NCBI GenBank assembly: GCA_032718475.1
Contig: JAUCBJ010008070.1
Span: 27,932-91,931, forward strand
Direction: 5' to 3'
Source of the DNA: Nemertoderma westbladi
Taxonomy: Eukaryota; Animalia; Xenacoelomorpha
DNA: 64,000 bases
The notes beneath the pieces were generated by a model that ran no database searches, had not been told where the DNA came from, and saw only the letters and a list, made by a program, of their open reading frames with translations. Positions within the stretch are counted from its first letter, which is position 1; the number at the start of each line of letters is the position of its first letter. A program made the position numbers and the translations under genes. This document shows, piece by piece, positions 12,044-24,871 of this stretch.

Positions 12044-15000
12044 TTTTGTATTACTGTCATTGTCATTAGGCCCTCGGTACTACACTGGCTGTAGCAGCAT
12101 TTAGTATTACTGTTATTAGGCCCTCGGTACTACACTGACCGTAGCAGCATTTTGTATTACTGTTATTAGGCCCTCGGTACTACACTGACTGTAGCAGGAT
12201 TTTGTATTACTGTTATTAGGCCCTCGGTACTACAACACTGGCCGTAGCAGCATTTAGTATTGCTGTTATTAGGCCCTCGATACTACACTCTAGCCGTAGC
12301 AGCATTTTGTGTAACTGTTATTAGGCCCTCGGTACTACACTGGTTGTAGCAGCATTTTGTATTACTGTTATTAGGCCCTCGGTACTACACTGGTTGTAGC
12401 AGCATTTTGTATTACTGTTATTAGGCCCTCGGTACTTCACTGGCTGTAGCAGCATTTTGTATTACTGTTATTAGGCCCTCGGACTACAACACTGGCCGTA
12501 GCAGCATTTAGTATTGCTGTTATTAGGCCCTCGGTACTACAACACTGGCCGTAGCAGCATTTTGTACTGTATTACTGCTGTACTGTTATTAGGCCCTCCG
12601 GTACTACACTGGCCGTAGCAGCATTTTGTATTACTGTTATTAGGCCCTCGGTACTACACTGACAGTAGCAGCATTTTGTATTACTGTTATTAGGCCCTCG
12701 GTACTACACTGACCGTAGCAGCATTTTGTATTACTGTTATTAGGCCCTCGGCACTACACTGACCGTAGCAGCATTTTGTATTACTGTTATTAGGCCCTCG
12801 GTACTAAAACATTGGCCGTAGCAGCATTTGGTATTACTGTTATTTAGGCCCTCGGTACTACACTGGTTGTAGCAGCATTTTGTATTACTGTTATTAGGCC
12901 CTCGGTACTACACTGGTTGTAGCAGCATTTTGTATTACTGTTATTAGGCCCTCGGTACTTCACTGGCTGTAGCAGCATTTTGTATTACTGTTATTAGGCC
13001 CTCGGTTCTACACTGGCCGTAGCAGCATTTAGTATTACTGTTATTAGGCCCTCGGTACTTCACTGGCTGTAGCAGCATTTTGTATTACTGTTATTAGGCC
13101 CGCGGTACTACACTGGCCGTAGCAGCATTTTGTATTACTGTTATTAGGCCCTCGGTACTACAACACTGGCCGTAGCAGCATTTAGTATTACTGTTATTAG
13201 GCCCTCGGTACTACAACACTGGCCGTAGCAGCATTTAGTATTACTGTTATTAGGCCCTCGGTACTACAACACTGGCCGTAGCAGCATTTTGTATTACTGT
13301 TATTAGGCCCTCGGTACTACAAGACTGGCCGTAGCAGCATTTAGTATTACTGTTATTAGCCCCTCGGTACTTCACTGGCTGTAGCAGCATTTTGTATTAC
13401 TGTTATTAGGCCCTCGGACTACAACACTGGCCGTAGCAGCATTTAGTATTGCTGTTATTAGGCCCTCGGTACTACAACACTGGCCGTAGCAGCATTTTGT
13501 ACTGTATTACTGCTGTACTGTTATTAGGCCCTCCGGTACTACACTGGCCGTAGCAGCATTTTGTATTACTGTTATTAGGCCCTCGGTACTACACTGACAG
13601 TAGCAGCATTTTGTATTACTGTTATTAGGCCCTCGGTACTACACTGACCGTAGCAGCATTTTGTATTACTGTTATTAGGCCCTCGGCACTACACTGACCG
13701 TAGCAGCATTTTGTATTACTGTTATTAGGCCCTCGGTACTAAAACATTGGCCGTAGCAGCATTTGGTATTACTGTTATTTAGGCCCTCGGTACTACAACA
13801 CTGGCCGTAGCAGCATTTTGTATTACTGTTATTAGGCCCTCGGTACTACACTGACCGTAGCAGCATTTTGTATTACTGTTATTAGGCCCTCGGTACTAAA
13901 ACACTGGCCGTAGCAGCATTTGGTATTACTGTTTTTTAGGCCCTCGGTACTACAACACTGGCCGTAGCAGCATTTGGTATTACTGTTATTTAGGCCCTCG
14001 GTACTACAACACTGGCTGTAGCAGCATTTGGTATTACTGTTATTAGGCCATCGGTACTACAACCCTGGCCAGAGCAGCATTTTGTATTACTGTTATTAGG
14101 CCCTCGGACTACAACACTGGCCGTAGCAGCATTTAGTATTACTGTTATTTAGGCCCTCGGTACTACAACACTGGCCGTAGCAGCATTTTGTATTACTGTT
14201 ATTAGGCCATCGGTACTACAACACTGGCCGTAGCAGCATTTTGTATTACTGTTATTAGGCCCTCGGTACTACACTGGCTGTAGCAGCATTTTGTATTACT
14301 GTTATTACGTCCTTGGTACTACACTGACCGTAGCAGCATTTTGTATTACTGTTATTAGGCCCTCGGTACTACACTGGCCGTAGCAGCATTTTGTATTACT
14401 GTTATTAGGCCCTCGGTACTACACTGACCGTAGCAGCATTTTGTATTACTGTTATTAGGCCCTCGGTACTACAACACTGACCGTAGCAGCATTTTGTATT
14501 ACTGTTATTAGGCCCTCGGTACTACACTGACTGTAGCAGCATTTTGTATTACTGTTATTAGGCCCTCGGTACTACAACACTGGCCGTATCAGCATTTGGT
14601 ATTACTGTTATTTAGGCCGTCGGTACTACAACACTGGCCGTAGCAGCATTTTGTATTACTGTTATTAGGTCCTCGGTACTACAACACTGGCCAGAGCAGC
14701 ATTTTGTATTACTGTTATTAGGCCCTCGGTACTACAACACTGGCCGTGGCAGCATTTTGTATTACTTTTATTAGGCACTCGGTACAACAACACTGGCCGT
14801 AGCAGCATTTTGTATTACTGTTATTAGGCCCTCGGTACGTTACTACACTGGCCGTAGCAGCATTTTGTACTGTATTACTGCTGTACTGTTATTAGGCCCT
14901 CCGGTACTACACTGACCGTAGCAGCATTTTGTATTACTGTTATTAAGCCCTCGGTACTACACTGGCCGTAGCAGCATTTTGTATTACTGTTATTAGGCCC

Positions 15001-15081
15001 TCGGTACTACACTGACCGTAGCAGCATTTTGTATTACTGTTATTAGGCTCTCGGTACTACACTGGCCGTAGCAGCATTTTG
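12044..15081. repeat. 50/53-bp satellite (TTTTGTATTACTGTTATTAGGCCCTCGGTACTACACTGGCCGTAGCAGCA), ~60 units
   Basis: Period 50 (AGCATTTTGT at 12301 and 12351); +AAC variants; a rare variant unit recurs at ~12565, ~13500 and ~14868. Confidence 0.97.
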
Positions 15082-15191
15082 GTACAAATTTTAACATAAC
15101 TTTACAAAACAAGTTGAATTTTGTAACCGTAACATATGGGGACCCAATTTAAGTCAATAAAACACATCGATCCTGGAGACGGTTACTGGAA

Positions 15192-15204
15192 GTTGCCCAG
15201 CAAC
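15192..15204. promoter_or_regulatory. RFX X-box GTTGCCCAGCAAC
   Basis: Exact fit to the X-box consensus GTNRCC(N0-3)RGYAAC, ~330 nt upstream of the putative start codon. Confidence 0.65.
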
Positions 15205-15534
15205 CATTCACACAATAACAATGAAATTGTTATTCTACTAGCACTAGCTAAATTATCAGCTGATTAGATGTTGGCAATAATATATCAATCTAAGGTATAT
15301 TTAATCTTTAATTGAGTCGTGTAATTAAATAATTATTATCTTGTTAATTTTATGCGGTAAGTTAGAACAGTTTTCGTATTAATTAAAATAATATCATCTA
15401 CCAGCTGGAGTTTGCGAGAAGCGAATGATATTTTGGGAAACGATATGGTTTTTAAGTAGTTTACTGTTGTTGATGTCTGTCTGACCAATATATATAGGCC
15501 TATGAGTTAAGTGTTTATTCTTCCATCATCAACT

Positions 15535-15586
15535 ATGGAGGCGGAATTAAGTGTGGAGCCATTACCTAGAAAAACATTAATTCACG
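15535..15586 (+). CDS. LRP2BP: LRP2-binding protein-like, first coding exon (MEAELSVEPLPRKTLIH, phase 1)
   Basis: ATG at 15535; donor G|GTAAGT at 15587; resembles the recalled LRP2BP N-terminus (MKLTSEKLP); phase fits the exon at 21714. Confidence 0.7.
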
Positions 15587-15656
15587 GTAAGTATTCGGTA
15601 ACAGTATTTCCCATCAAATAAGTTAAGCATTTATTCACTAAAATATATATGTTTAG

Positions 15657-15874
15657 ATACTTTGATTATAAAGAGACTGCAATCGGTAGTTAGGTGATAT
15701 GTCGATGTCCCGCAGATATTGTTTTATATATAGTACCACCTCGCATTGATGGATGGGCCTTTATCTGCTGGAAAGGCAGTATGGTTGTCATCAATAAAAC
15801 GACTGATGCCAATCTGGCATGATTGCGAATTTTACAGAATCCCCCTTTCCTCTCTACTGGAGACAAGTCAAAGG
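15657..15874 (+). CDS. LRP2BP: Candidate micro-exons 15657-15685, 15734-15778 and 15838-15874
   Basis: Each is flanked by AG/GT. Phases chain 1-0-0-1 without stops (DTLIIKRLQS / YHLALMDGPLSAGKA / NPPFLSTGDKSK). No homology support visible, and direct splicing 15586 to 21714 is also in frame. Confidence 0.35.
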
Positions 15875-18800
15875 GTAACCCGAATGCTCCTCTCTACCTG
15901 AGTCAACCCGAAGGCTCATCTCTACAGAAGGCAACCCGAAGGCTCCTCTCTACCAGAGGCAACCCGAAGGCTCATATCTACTGGAGGCAACCCGAAGGCT
16001 CCTCTCTAAAGAAGGCAACCCGAAGGCTCCTCTCTACTGAAGGTAACCCGAAGGCTCCTCTCTACAGAAGGCAACCTAAGGCTCCTCTACTGGAGGCAAC
16101 CCGAAGGCTCCTCAACAGGAAGCAACCCGAAGGCTCTTCTCAAGAGGAAGCAACCCGAAGGATCCTCTCTACCGGAGGCAACCTGAAGGCTCTTCTCAAC
16201 AGGAAGCAACCCGAAGGCTCCTCTCTACTGGAGACAACCCGAAGGCTCCTCTCTACAGGAGGCAACCCGAAGGCTCCTGTCTAGAGGAGGCAACCCAATG
16301 GATCCTCTCTACAGGAGGCGACCCGATGGCTCCTCTCTACTGGAGGCAACCCGAAAGCTCCTCTTTACCGAGGCAACCCGAAGGATCCTCTCTGCAGGAG
16401 GCAACCCGAAGGCTCCTGTCTAGAGGAGGCAACCCAAAGTTTAATTTCTACCGGATTTAACCCGAAGACTCCTCTCTACTGGAGGCAACCCGAAGGCTCG
16501 TCTCTACAGGAGGCAACCTGAAAGCTCCTCTCTACTGGAGGCAACCTGAAGGCTCCTCTCTACAGGAGACAAACACGAAGGCTCCTGTCTACAGGAGGCA
16601 ACCCGAAGGCTCCTCTCTACTGGAGGCAACACGAAAGCTCCTCTCTACAGGAGGCAAACCTGAGGGTTCATTTCTACCGGATGCAACCTAAAGACTCCTC
16701 TCTACTGGAGGCAAACCGAAGGCTCCTCCATACAGGAGGCAACCCGAAGGCTCCTCTCTACCGGCTAGGCAGCCCGAAGGCTCCTCTCTACCGGAGGCAG
16801 CCCGAAGGCTCCTCTCTACCGGAGGCAACCTGAAGGCTCTTCTCTACCGGAGGCAGCCCGAAGGCTCCTCTCTACCGGAGGCAACCCGAAGGCTCATCTC
16901 TACCGGGGGCAACCCGAAGGCTCCTCTCGTTTCGAGGTAACCCGAATGCTCCTCTCTACCGGAGGCAACCCGAAGGCTCCTCTCTACCGGAGGCACCCGA
17001 CTCTCTACAGGATGCAACACGAAGGCTCCTCTCTACCAGAGGCAACCCGAAGGCTCCTCTCTACCGGAGGCAACCCGAAGGCTCCTCTGTACTGGAGGCA
17101 ACCCGAAGGCTCCTCTCTACCGGATGCAACCCGAAGGCTCCTCTCTTTTCGAGGTAACCCGAAGGCTCCTCTCTACTGGAGGCAACCAAAAGGCTCCTCT
17201 CTACTGGAGGCAACCCGAAGGCTCCTCTCTACTGGAGGCAACCCGAAGGCTCCTTTCTACCAGAGGCAGCCCGAAGGCTCCTCTCTACTGGAGGCAACCC
17301 GAAGGCTCCTCTCTACAGGAGGCAGCCCGAAGGCTCCTCTCTACCGGAGGCAACCCGAAGGCTCATCTCTACCGGGGGCAACCCGAAGGCTCCTCTCGTT
17401 TCGAGGTAACCCGAATGATCCTCTCTACCGGAGGCACCCGACTCTCTACAAGATGCAACACGAAGGCTCCTCTCTACCAGAGGCAACCCGAAGGCTCCTC
17501 TCTACTGGAGGCAACCCAAAGGCTCCTCTCTACTGGAGGCAACCCGAAGGCTCCTCTCTACTGGAGGCAACCCGAAGGCTCCTCTCTTTTCGAGGTAACC
17601 CGAAGGCTCCTCTCTACTGGAGCAACCCGAAGGCTCCTCTCTACTGGAGGCAACCCGAAGGTTCCTCTCTACCGGATGCAACCCGAAGGCTCCTCTCCTT
17701 TCGAGGTAACACGAAGGCTCCTCTCTACTGGAGGCAACCCGAAGGCTCCTCTCTACTGGAGGCAACCGGAAGGCTGCTCTCTATAGGAGGCAATCCGACG
17801 GCTCCTCTCTATAGGAGGCAACCCGACGGCTCCTCTCTATATGAGGCAACCCGAAGGCTCTTCTCTACCGGAGTCAACCCGGAGGCTCCTCTCTATCGGG
17901 GGTTACCCGAAGGCTCCTTTCTAAATGAGGCAACCCGAAGGCTCCTCTCTACTGGAGGCAACCCGAAGGCTCCTCTCTGTAGGAGGCTTCCTGAAGGCTC
18001 CTCTCTATATGTGGCAACCCGGAGGCTCCTCTCTACCGGAGGCAACCTGAAGGCTCCTCTCTACAGAAGGCAACCCGGAAGCTCTTCTCTACCGGAGGCA
18101 ACCCGGAGGCTCCTCTCTACTGGAGGCAACCCGGAGGCTCCTCTCTACTGGAGGCAACCCGGAGGCTCCTCTCTACAGAAGGCAACCCGGAAGCTCTTCT
18201 ATACCGGAGGCAACCCGGAGGCTCCTCTCTACTGGAGGCAACCCGGAGGCTCCTCTCTACTGGAGGCAACCCGAAGGCTCTTCTCTACCGGAGGCAACCC
18301 AGAGGCTCCTCTCTACTGGAGACAACCCGGAGGCTCCTCTCTACTGGAGGCAACCCGAAGGCTCCTCTCTACTGGAGGCAACACGAAAGCTCCTCTCTAC
18401 AGGAGGCAAACCTGAGGGTTCATTTCTACCGGATGCAACCTAAAGACTCCTCTCTACTGGAGGCAAACCGAAGGCTCCTCCATACAGGAGGCAACCCGAA
18501 GGCTCCTCTCTACCGGCTAGGCAGCCCGAAGGCTCCTCTCTACCGGAGGCAGCCCGAAGGCTCCTCTCTACCGGAGGCAACCTGAAGGCTCTTCTCTACC
18601 GGAGGCAGCCCGAAGGCTCCTCTCTACCGGAGGCAACCCGAAGGCTCATCTCTACCGGGGGCAACCCGAAGGCTCCTCTCGTTTCGAGGTAACCCGAATG
18701 CTCCTCTCTACCGGAGGCAACCCGAAGGCTCCTCTCTACCGGAGGCACCCGACTCTCTACAGGATGCAACACGAAGGCTCCTCTCTACCAGAGGCAACCC

Positions 18801-21630
18801 GAAGGCTCCTCTCTACCGGAGGCAACCCGAAGGCTCCTCTGTACTGGAGGCAACCCGAAGGCTCCTCTCTACCGGATGCAACCCGAAGGCTCCTCTCTTT
18901 TCGAGGTAACCCGAAGGCTCCTCTCTACTGGAGGCAACCAAAAGGCTCCTCTCTACTGGAGGCAACCCGAAGGCTCCTCTCTACTGGAGGCAACCCGAAG
19001 GCTCCTTTCTACCAGAGGCAGCCCGAAGGCTCCTCTCTACTGGAGGCAACCCGAAGGCTCCTCTCTACAGGAGGCAGCCCGAAGGCTCCTCTCTACCGGA
19101 GGCAACCCGAAGGCTCATCTCTACCGGGGGCAACCCGAAGGCTCCTCTCGTTTCGAGGTAACCCGAATGATCCTCTCTACCGGAGGCACCCGACTCTCTA
19201 CAAGATGCAACACGAAGGCTCCTCTCTACCAGAGGCAACCCGAAGGCTCCTCTCTACTGGAGGCAACCCAAAGGCTCCTCTCTACTGGAGGCAACCCGAA
19301 GGCTCCTCTCTACTGGAGGCAACCCGAAGGCTCCTCTCTTTTCGAGGTAACCCGAAGGCTCCTCTCTACTGGAGCAACCCGAAGGCTCCTCTCTACTGGA
19401 GGCAACCCGAAGGTTCCTCTCTACCGGATGCAACCCGAAGGCTCCTCTCCTTTCGAGGTAACACGAAGGCTCCTCTCTACTGGAGGCAACCCGAAGGCTC
19501 CTCTCTACTGGAGGCAACCGGAAGGCTGCTCTCTATAGGAGGCAATCCGACGGCTCCTCTCTATAGGAGGCAACCCGACGGCTCCTCTCTATATGAGGCA
19601 ACCCGAAGGCTCTTCTCTACCGGAGTCAACCCGGAGGCTCCTCTCTATCGGGGGTTACCCGAAGGCTCCTTTCTAAATGAGGCAACCCGAAGGCTCCTCT
19701 CTACTGGAGGCAACCCGAAGGCTCCTCTCTGTAGGAGGCTTCCTGAAGGCTCCTCTCTATATGTGGCAACCCGGAGGCTCCTCTCTACCGGAGGCAACCT
19801 GAAGGCTCCTCTCTACAGAAGGCAACCCGGAAGCTCTTCTCTACCGGAGGCAACCCGGAGGCTCCTCTCTACTGGAGGCAACCCGGAGGCTCCTCTCTAC
19901 TGGAGGCAACCCGGAGGCTCCTCTCTACAGAAGGCAACCCGGAAGCTCTTCTATACCGGAGGCAACCCGGAGGCTCCTCTCTACTGGAGGCAACCCGGAG
20001 GCTCCTCTCTACTGGAGGCAACCCGAAGGCTCTTCTCTACCGGAGGCAACCCAGAGGCTCCTCTCTACTGGAGACAACCCGGAGGCTCCTCTCTACTGGA
20101 GGCAACCCGAAGGCTCCTCTCTACAGAAGGCAACCCGAAGGCTCCCCTCTACCGGAGGCAACCCGAAGGCTCCTCTCTACTGGTGGCAACCCCAAGGCTC
20201 CTCTCTACCGGAAGCAACCCGAAGGCTCCTTTCTAAATGTGGCAACCCGAAGGCTCCTCTCTACAGGAGGCAACCCGAAGGCTCCTCTCTACTGGAGGCA
20301 ACCCGAAGGCTCCTCTCTACCGGAGGCAACCCGTAGGCTCCTCTCTACTGGAGGCAACCCAAAGGCTCCTCTATACTGGTGGTAACCCAAAGTATCCTCT
20401 CTATCGGAAGCAACCCGAAGGCTCCTCTCTACTGGAGGCAACCCGAAGGCTCCTCTCTATAGGAGGCAACCCGAAGGCTCCTCTCTACCGGAAGGAACAC
20501 AAAGGCTCCTCACTACCGGAGGCAACCCAAAGGCTCCTCTCTACCGGTGGCAACCCAAAGGCTCCTCTCTATAGGAGGCAACCCGAAGGCTCCTCACTAC
20601 CGGAGGCAACCCGAAGGCTCCTCACTACCGGAGGCAACCCAAAGGCTCCTCTCTACCGGTGGCAACCCAAAGGCTCCTCTCTACTGGAGGCAACACGAAT
20701 GCTCCTCTCTACTGGAGGCAACCCGAAGGCTCATCTCTACTGGAGGCAACCCGAAGGCTCCTCTGTACAGGAGGCAACCCGAAGGCTCCTCTCTACCGGA
20801 GGCACCCGACTCTCTACAGGATGCAACACGAAGGCTCCTCTCTACCAGAGGCAACCCGAAGGCTCCTCTCTACCGGAGGCAACCCGAAGGCTCCTCTGTA
20901 CTGGAGGCAACCCGAAGGCTCCTCTCTACCGGATGCAACCCGAAGGCTCCTCTCTTTTCGATGTAACCCGAAGGCACATCTCTACTGGAGGCAACCCATA
21001 GGCTCCTCTCTACTGGAGGCAACCCGAAGGCTCCTCTCTACTGGAGGCAACCCGAAGGCTCCTCTCTTTTCGAGGTAACCCGAAGGGTCCTCTCTACTGG
21101 AGGCAACCCGAATGCTCCTCTCTACTGGAGGCAACCCGAAGGCTCATCTCTACTGGAGGCAACCAGAAGGCTCCTCTCTACCGGAGGCAACCGGTAGGCT
21201 ACTCTCTACTGGAGGCAACCCAAAGGCTCCTCTCTACCGGTGGCAACCCAAAGGCTCCTCTCTACTGGAGGCAACACGAATGCTCCTCTCTACTGGAGGC
21301 AACCCGAAGGCTCATCTCTACTGGAGGCAACCCGAAGGCTCCTCTCTACAGGAGGCAACCCGAAGGCTCCTCTCTACCGGAGGCAACCCCAAGGCTCCAC
21401 TCTACCGGAGGCAACCCGAAGGCTCCTCTCTACTGGAGGCAACCCGAAGGCTCCTCTACTGGAGGCAACCCGAAGGCTCCTCTCTACAGGAGGCAACCCG
21501 AAGGCTCCTCTCTACTGGAGGCAACCCGAAGGGTCCTCTCTACAGGAGGCAACCCGAAGGCTCCTCTCTACTGGAGGCAACCCGAAGGCTTCTCTCTACT
21601 GGAGGCCATTCGAAGGATCCTCTCTACCGG
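15850..21630 (+). repeat. 28-bp intronic satellite (GGAGGCAACCCGAAGGCTCCTCTCTACT), ~205 units
   Basis: Clear 28-bp period; includes a 1752-bp near-exact tandem block (identical 220-aa ORFs at 17124 and 18876). Confidence 0.97.
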
Positions 21631-21713
21631 AGGAAACCCATTTATTTTCTTTAAATACGTAATTAAATTAAAATTGTTATTTACTATATAACTATATGTT
21701 TATTTAATCCTAG

Positions 21714-21856
21714 ACGAAATAAACAAAGAATATGACCTCACTGCAAGAACATTGGATCCAGATTCACTGGAAAGAATTGAACATAAAATTCTAGAAAAGA
21801 TTGAAGGAGGGGATGAATATGCGAAGTTTCAACTTGGTCAACTATTTTTCGAACAG
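21714..21856 (+). CDS. LRP2BP: LRP2BP-like exon (DEINKEYD...EKIEGGDEYAKFQLGQLFFEQ)
   Basis: Acceptor CCTAG|, donor CAG|GTAATT; matches recalled LRP2BP [21 protein letters not shown]. Confidence 0.88.
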
Positions 21857-22040
21857 GTAATTTTCGAACATTTGAACAGTATCTATCTTTCATTAGTATC
21901 TATCTTCTCGGAGAAAATCAAAACAACAAGAAAGAAAATGTAATATAACTTACAAAAAACCTTCATGAAACACTTTCTCTCGCTACTGGCTAATAAACTC
22001 GCTTCTCGCTAAATTCCACTTGCTACTCGAAGCTTTATAA

Positions 22041-22244
<204 letters not shown>

Positions 22245-22671
22245 TAGGAACACATAAAGACCCGGTTAGTATTAGCAGTGCCACGGATTAGGAACACATG
22301 AAGACCCGGTTAGTAGTAGCAGTACCACGGATTAGGAACACATGAAGACCCGGTTAGTAGTAGCAGTACCACGGATTAGGAACACATAAAGACCCGGTTA
22401 GTATTAGCAGTGCCACAGATTAGGAACACATAAAGACCCGGTTAGTAGTAGCAGTACCACGGATTAGGAACACATGAAGACCCGGTTAGTAGTAGCAGTT
22501 CCACGGATTAGGAACACATAAAGACCCGGTTAGTATTAGCAGTGCCACGGATTAGGAACACATAAAGACCCGGTTAGTATTAGCAGTGCCACGGATTAGG
22601 AACACATAAAGACCCAGTTAGTAGTAGCAGTACTACGGATTAGTAACACATGAAGAACCACTTAGTGAAAT

Positions 22672-23529
22672 ACAGTCGAGGAAATCCTGCCAAGTACCTA
22701 ACTGATCTAGACTTTGCTGATGACTTAGGAGTACTCTCAGAATCATTAGAGGGAGCCCAGCGGCTCCTCAGCTCATTAGAACATGCTGCTTCTAGTGTTG
22801 GTCTTTTTATTAACTCCAGAAAGACCAAAATTCTGACAGTTAACTTTGAAAGTCCTCAGCAAGTCTCTGATCGGATGAGCATAAGCTCAAAGGATGGTAT
22901 GCTTGAGCATGTGGATGACTTCTGTTACCTGGGATCATGGATCCGGAAGTCAGGTGAGGACCTTCGAATACGTAAGGGAAAGGCATGGGCAGCCTTGAAT
23001 AGGCTTTCCAGGATTTGGAAGTCACCTAGAATTAATCGGAAACTTAAGGTCCGATTATTTAGAGCAGCAGTAGTTCCAGTACTCCTCTACGGGAGTCCAT
23101 GCTGGGCTCTAACTGCTGAGGACACCAAATCTCTGGATGGCACATTCACAAGAATGCTACGCCGGGTACATTGTGTCAAGTACAATGTAAACATCTCCAA
23201 CCAGACACTATATAACATTGGAGGTGTCTCATTGGTTCCCCCAAGCTTGACACTAGAACAAAATCGGCTCCGCTTTGCAGGACATTGCTTTCGCCGTGAG
23301 GACCAGCCAGTGCATAATCTTGTACTTTGGCAGCCTCATGGAGTGAATAAGCATGGTGGACAACCCATGACTTTCTTGAGACGCATCTTAAAGGACACTG
23401 GCCTTGAAGATGCGGATGATCTAGCAAATGTCATGGGTGATAGGGAGTTGTGGCGGTGCGATTTTGTCGATAAGCCGGCACAGCATTCTTAAAAATGCAG
23501 CTGCAATGCAGCATGCCGATCCTAGTAGT
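22672..23529 (+). mobile_element. 5'-truncated RTE/RTE-X-type LINE (RT C-terminal half) with 12-bp TSD
   Basis: TDLDFADDL, GLFINSRKTKIL, FCYLGS, RLRFAGHCFR motifs; stop at 23490-23492; short TAG-repeat tail; TSD ACTTAGTGAAAT at 22660-22671 and 23530-23541. Confidence 0.9.
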
Positions 23530-23535
23530 ACTTAG

Positions 23536-23764
23536 TGAAATGATTGTCTGGTTTAAGATCTTGCATATCGGTATTATATTTGAACTCAGTTCATAAGATA
23601 TATAAGAGTACATATACTACTGTACTACCGAAGCACTACTGCACTCAAATACCCCAACACCAGTATCTCGCTATCCCCAAGCCTAATACAGTCCTCCTAG
23701 GCCCAACCTCAAGGGGCGAGCCATATGAATTGGTGAGTCTCCTCCTTATCACCTAATTCCATCA
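23536..23764 (-). repeat. Gypsy 3' LTR (229 bp)
   Basis: Direct repeat of 29096-29322; preceded on the minus strand by the PPT. Confidence 0.95.
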
Positions 23765-24871
23765 TCCCCCCATTAAGATCGATTGGTCCTTATCAGATTG
23801 GAATCTAACGGTTTTAGTACGTGTTCGAGTTCCTTGTCTCAAGGCTGATTTGGGTGTTTCCGTAGGAGTTTCATCCTTTGTCTCTATGGAATCACTGGAG
23901 CTTGGATATGGTCGCAGGAAGCGACGATTACGCCATAAGACTTTCCCGGATGGTAATTTTACGTGGTAATCTCTACTCATCTTTCCCCTTTCAAAAATAA
24001 TCCCCTTCATTGTCCATCTCTTAGAAACGGGATCCTGTATGAGTACGTGTGTTCCAGGTTCAAGCGGTTTTAATGTGTGTGCGGATCTGTCGTAATATTC
24101 TTTCTGTTTATTTGCCTTTATAAAGTCAGTATCTGCGGCCATCGTCAGCCAATTGGCAGAGAATGTTGAGTAATGAGCTGGAACTCGTGAACGCAACGGA
24201 TGTCCATACAGTATGATAGCGGGAGAATGTCCATCGATGTGTGGGGTATTTCTTAATTCTAAAAGGCCATGAAGGAATGAATCCGTATGTAAGTTTCCGC
24301 CATCTGTTTTTGCAACCAAATTTTTTAATATGCGGACATTGACTTCAGCGTGTCCGTTGGATTGGGCATATGTTGGAGATGATGGTATCCATTCTACTCC
24401 CCAAGTTTTAAGGAAATCTGAAAATATCTTGGAACTGTATTGGGGTCCTCCATCTGAGCGGAGTCGAACTGGTACTCCCATTTGGACGAAATAACCTTTG
24501 ATTTCTTTCAAAACCTGTTGGGAGGTTGGAGTATAATTCCAATGAGATATGAATGGAAATCCTGAGTAGCGGTCTACATAGACTAAGTAAGTGTGTGTTC
24601 CAAGTGAGAATAGGTCTGTTGAAACAGATTCGAATATGCGTGTTGGCATAGGATCGCTTATTAGCGGTTCCTTAGGGTTGCTTGGCAACCGAAGTTGACA
24701 CTTATCACATGATTGTATAGCCATTGTGAGGTCGTTCGTTATACCCAGCCAGTACACACACTGTCTGGCGCGCATTTTCGTCCTTTCAATACCCTGATGT
24801 GAGTCATGGAGTCTATTGATAACATTTTTGCGTAGGTCAAAGGGTATCACTAGACAGCACCCGAACAACAC
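23762..24871 (-). pseudogene. Gypsy integrase (frameshifted from RNase H)
   Basis: HDSHQG...CDKC zinc finger; STDLF, RSDGGPQY, SNGHAE (DDE); WRNRRFL. Confidence 0.92.

Noticed and set aside
15823-21662. Long ORFs (up to 512 aa) of RRLLSTGGNPKAPLYWRQPEGSSL repeats
   Set aside because: The 28-bp unit has no stop on the + strand, so all three frames give the same peptide; the region is intronic satellite.
22650-23492. 280-aa RT ORF as a satellite-associated RT or telomerase-like system
   Set aside because: It is a 5'-truncated LINE with a TSD; its ATG comes by chance from a satellite unit and the N-terminal RT motifs are missing.
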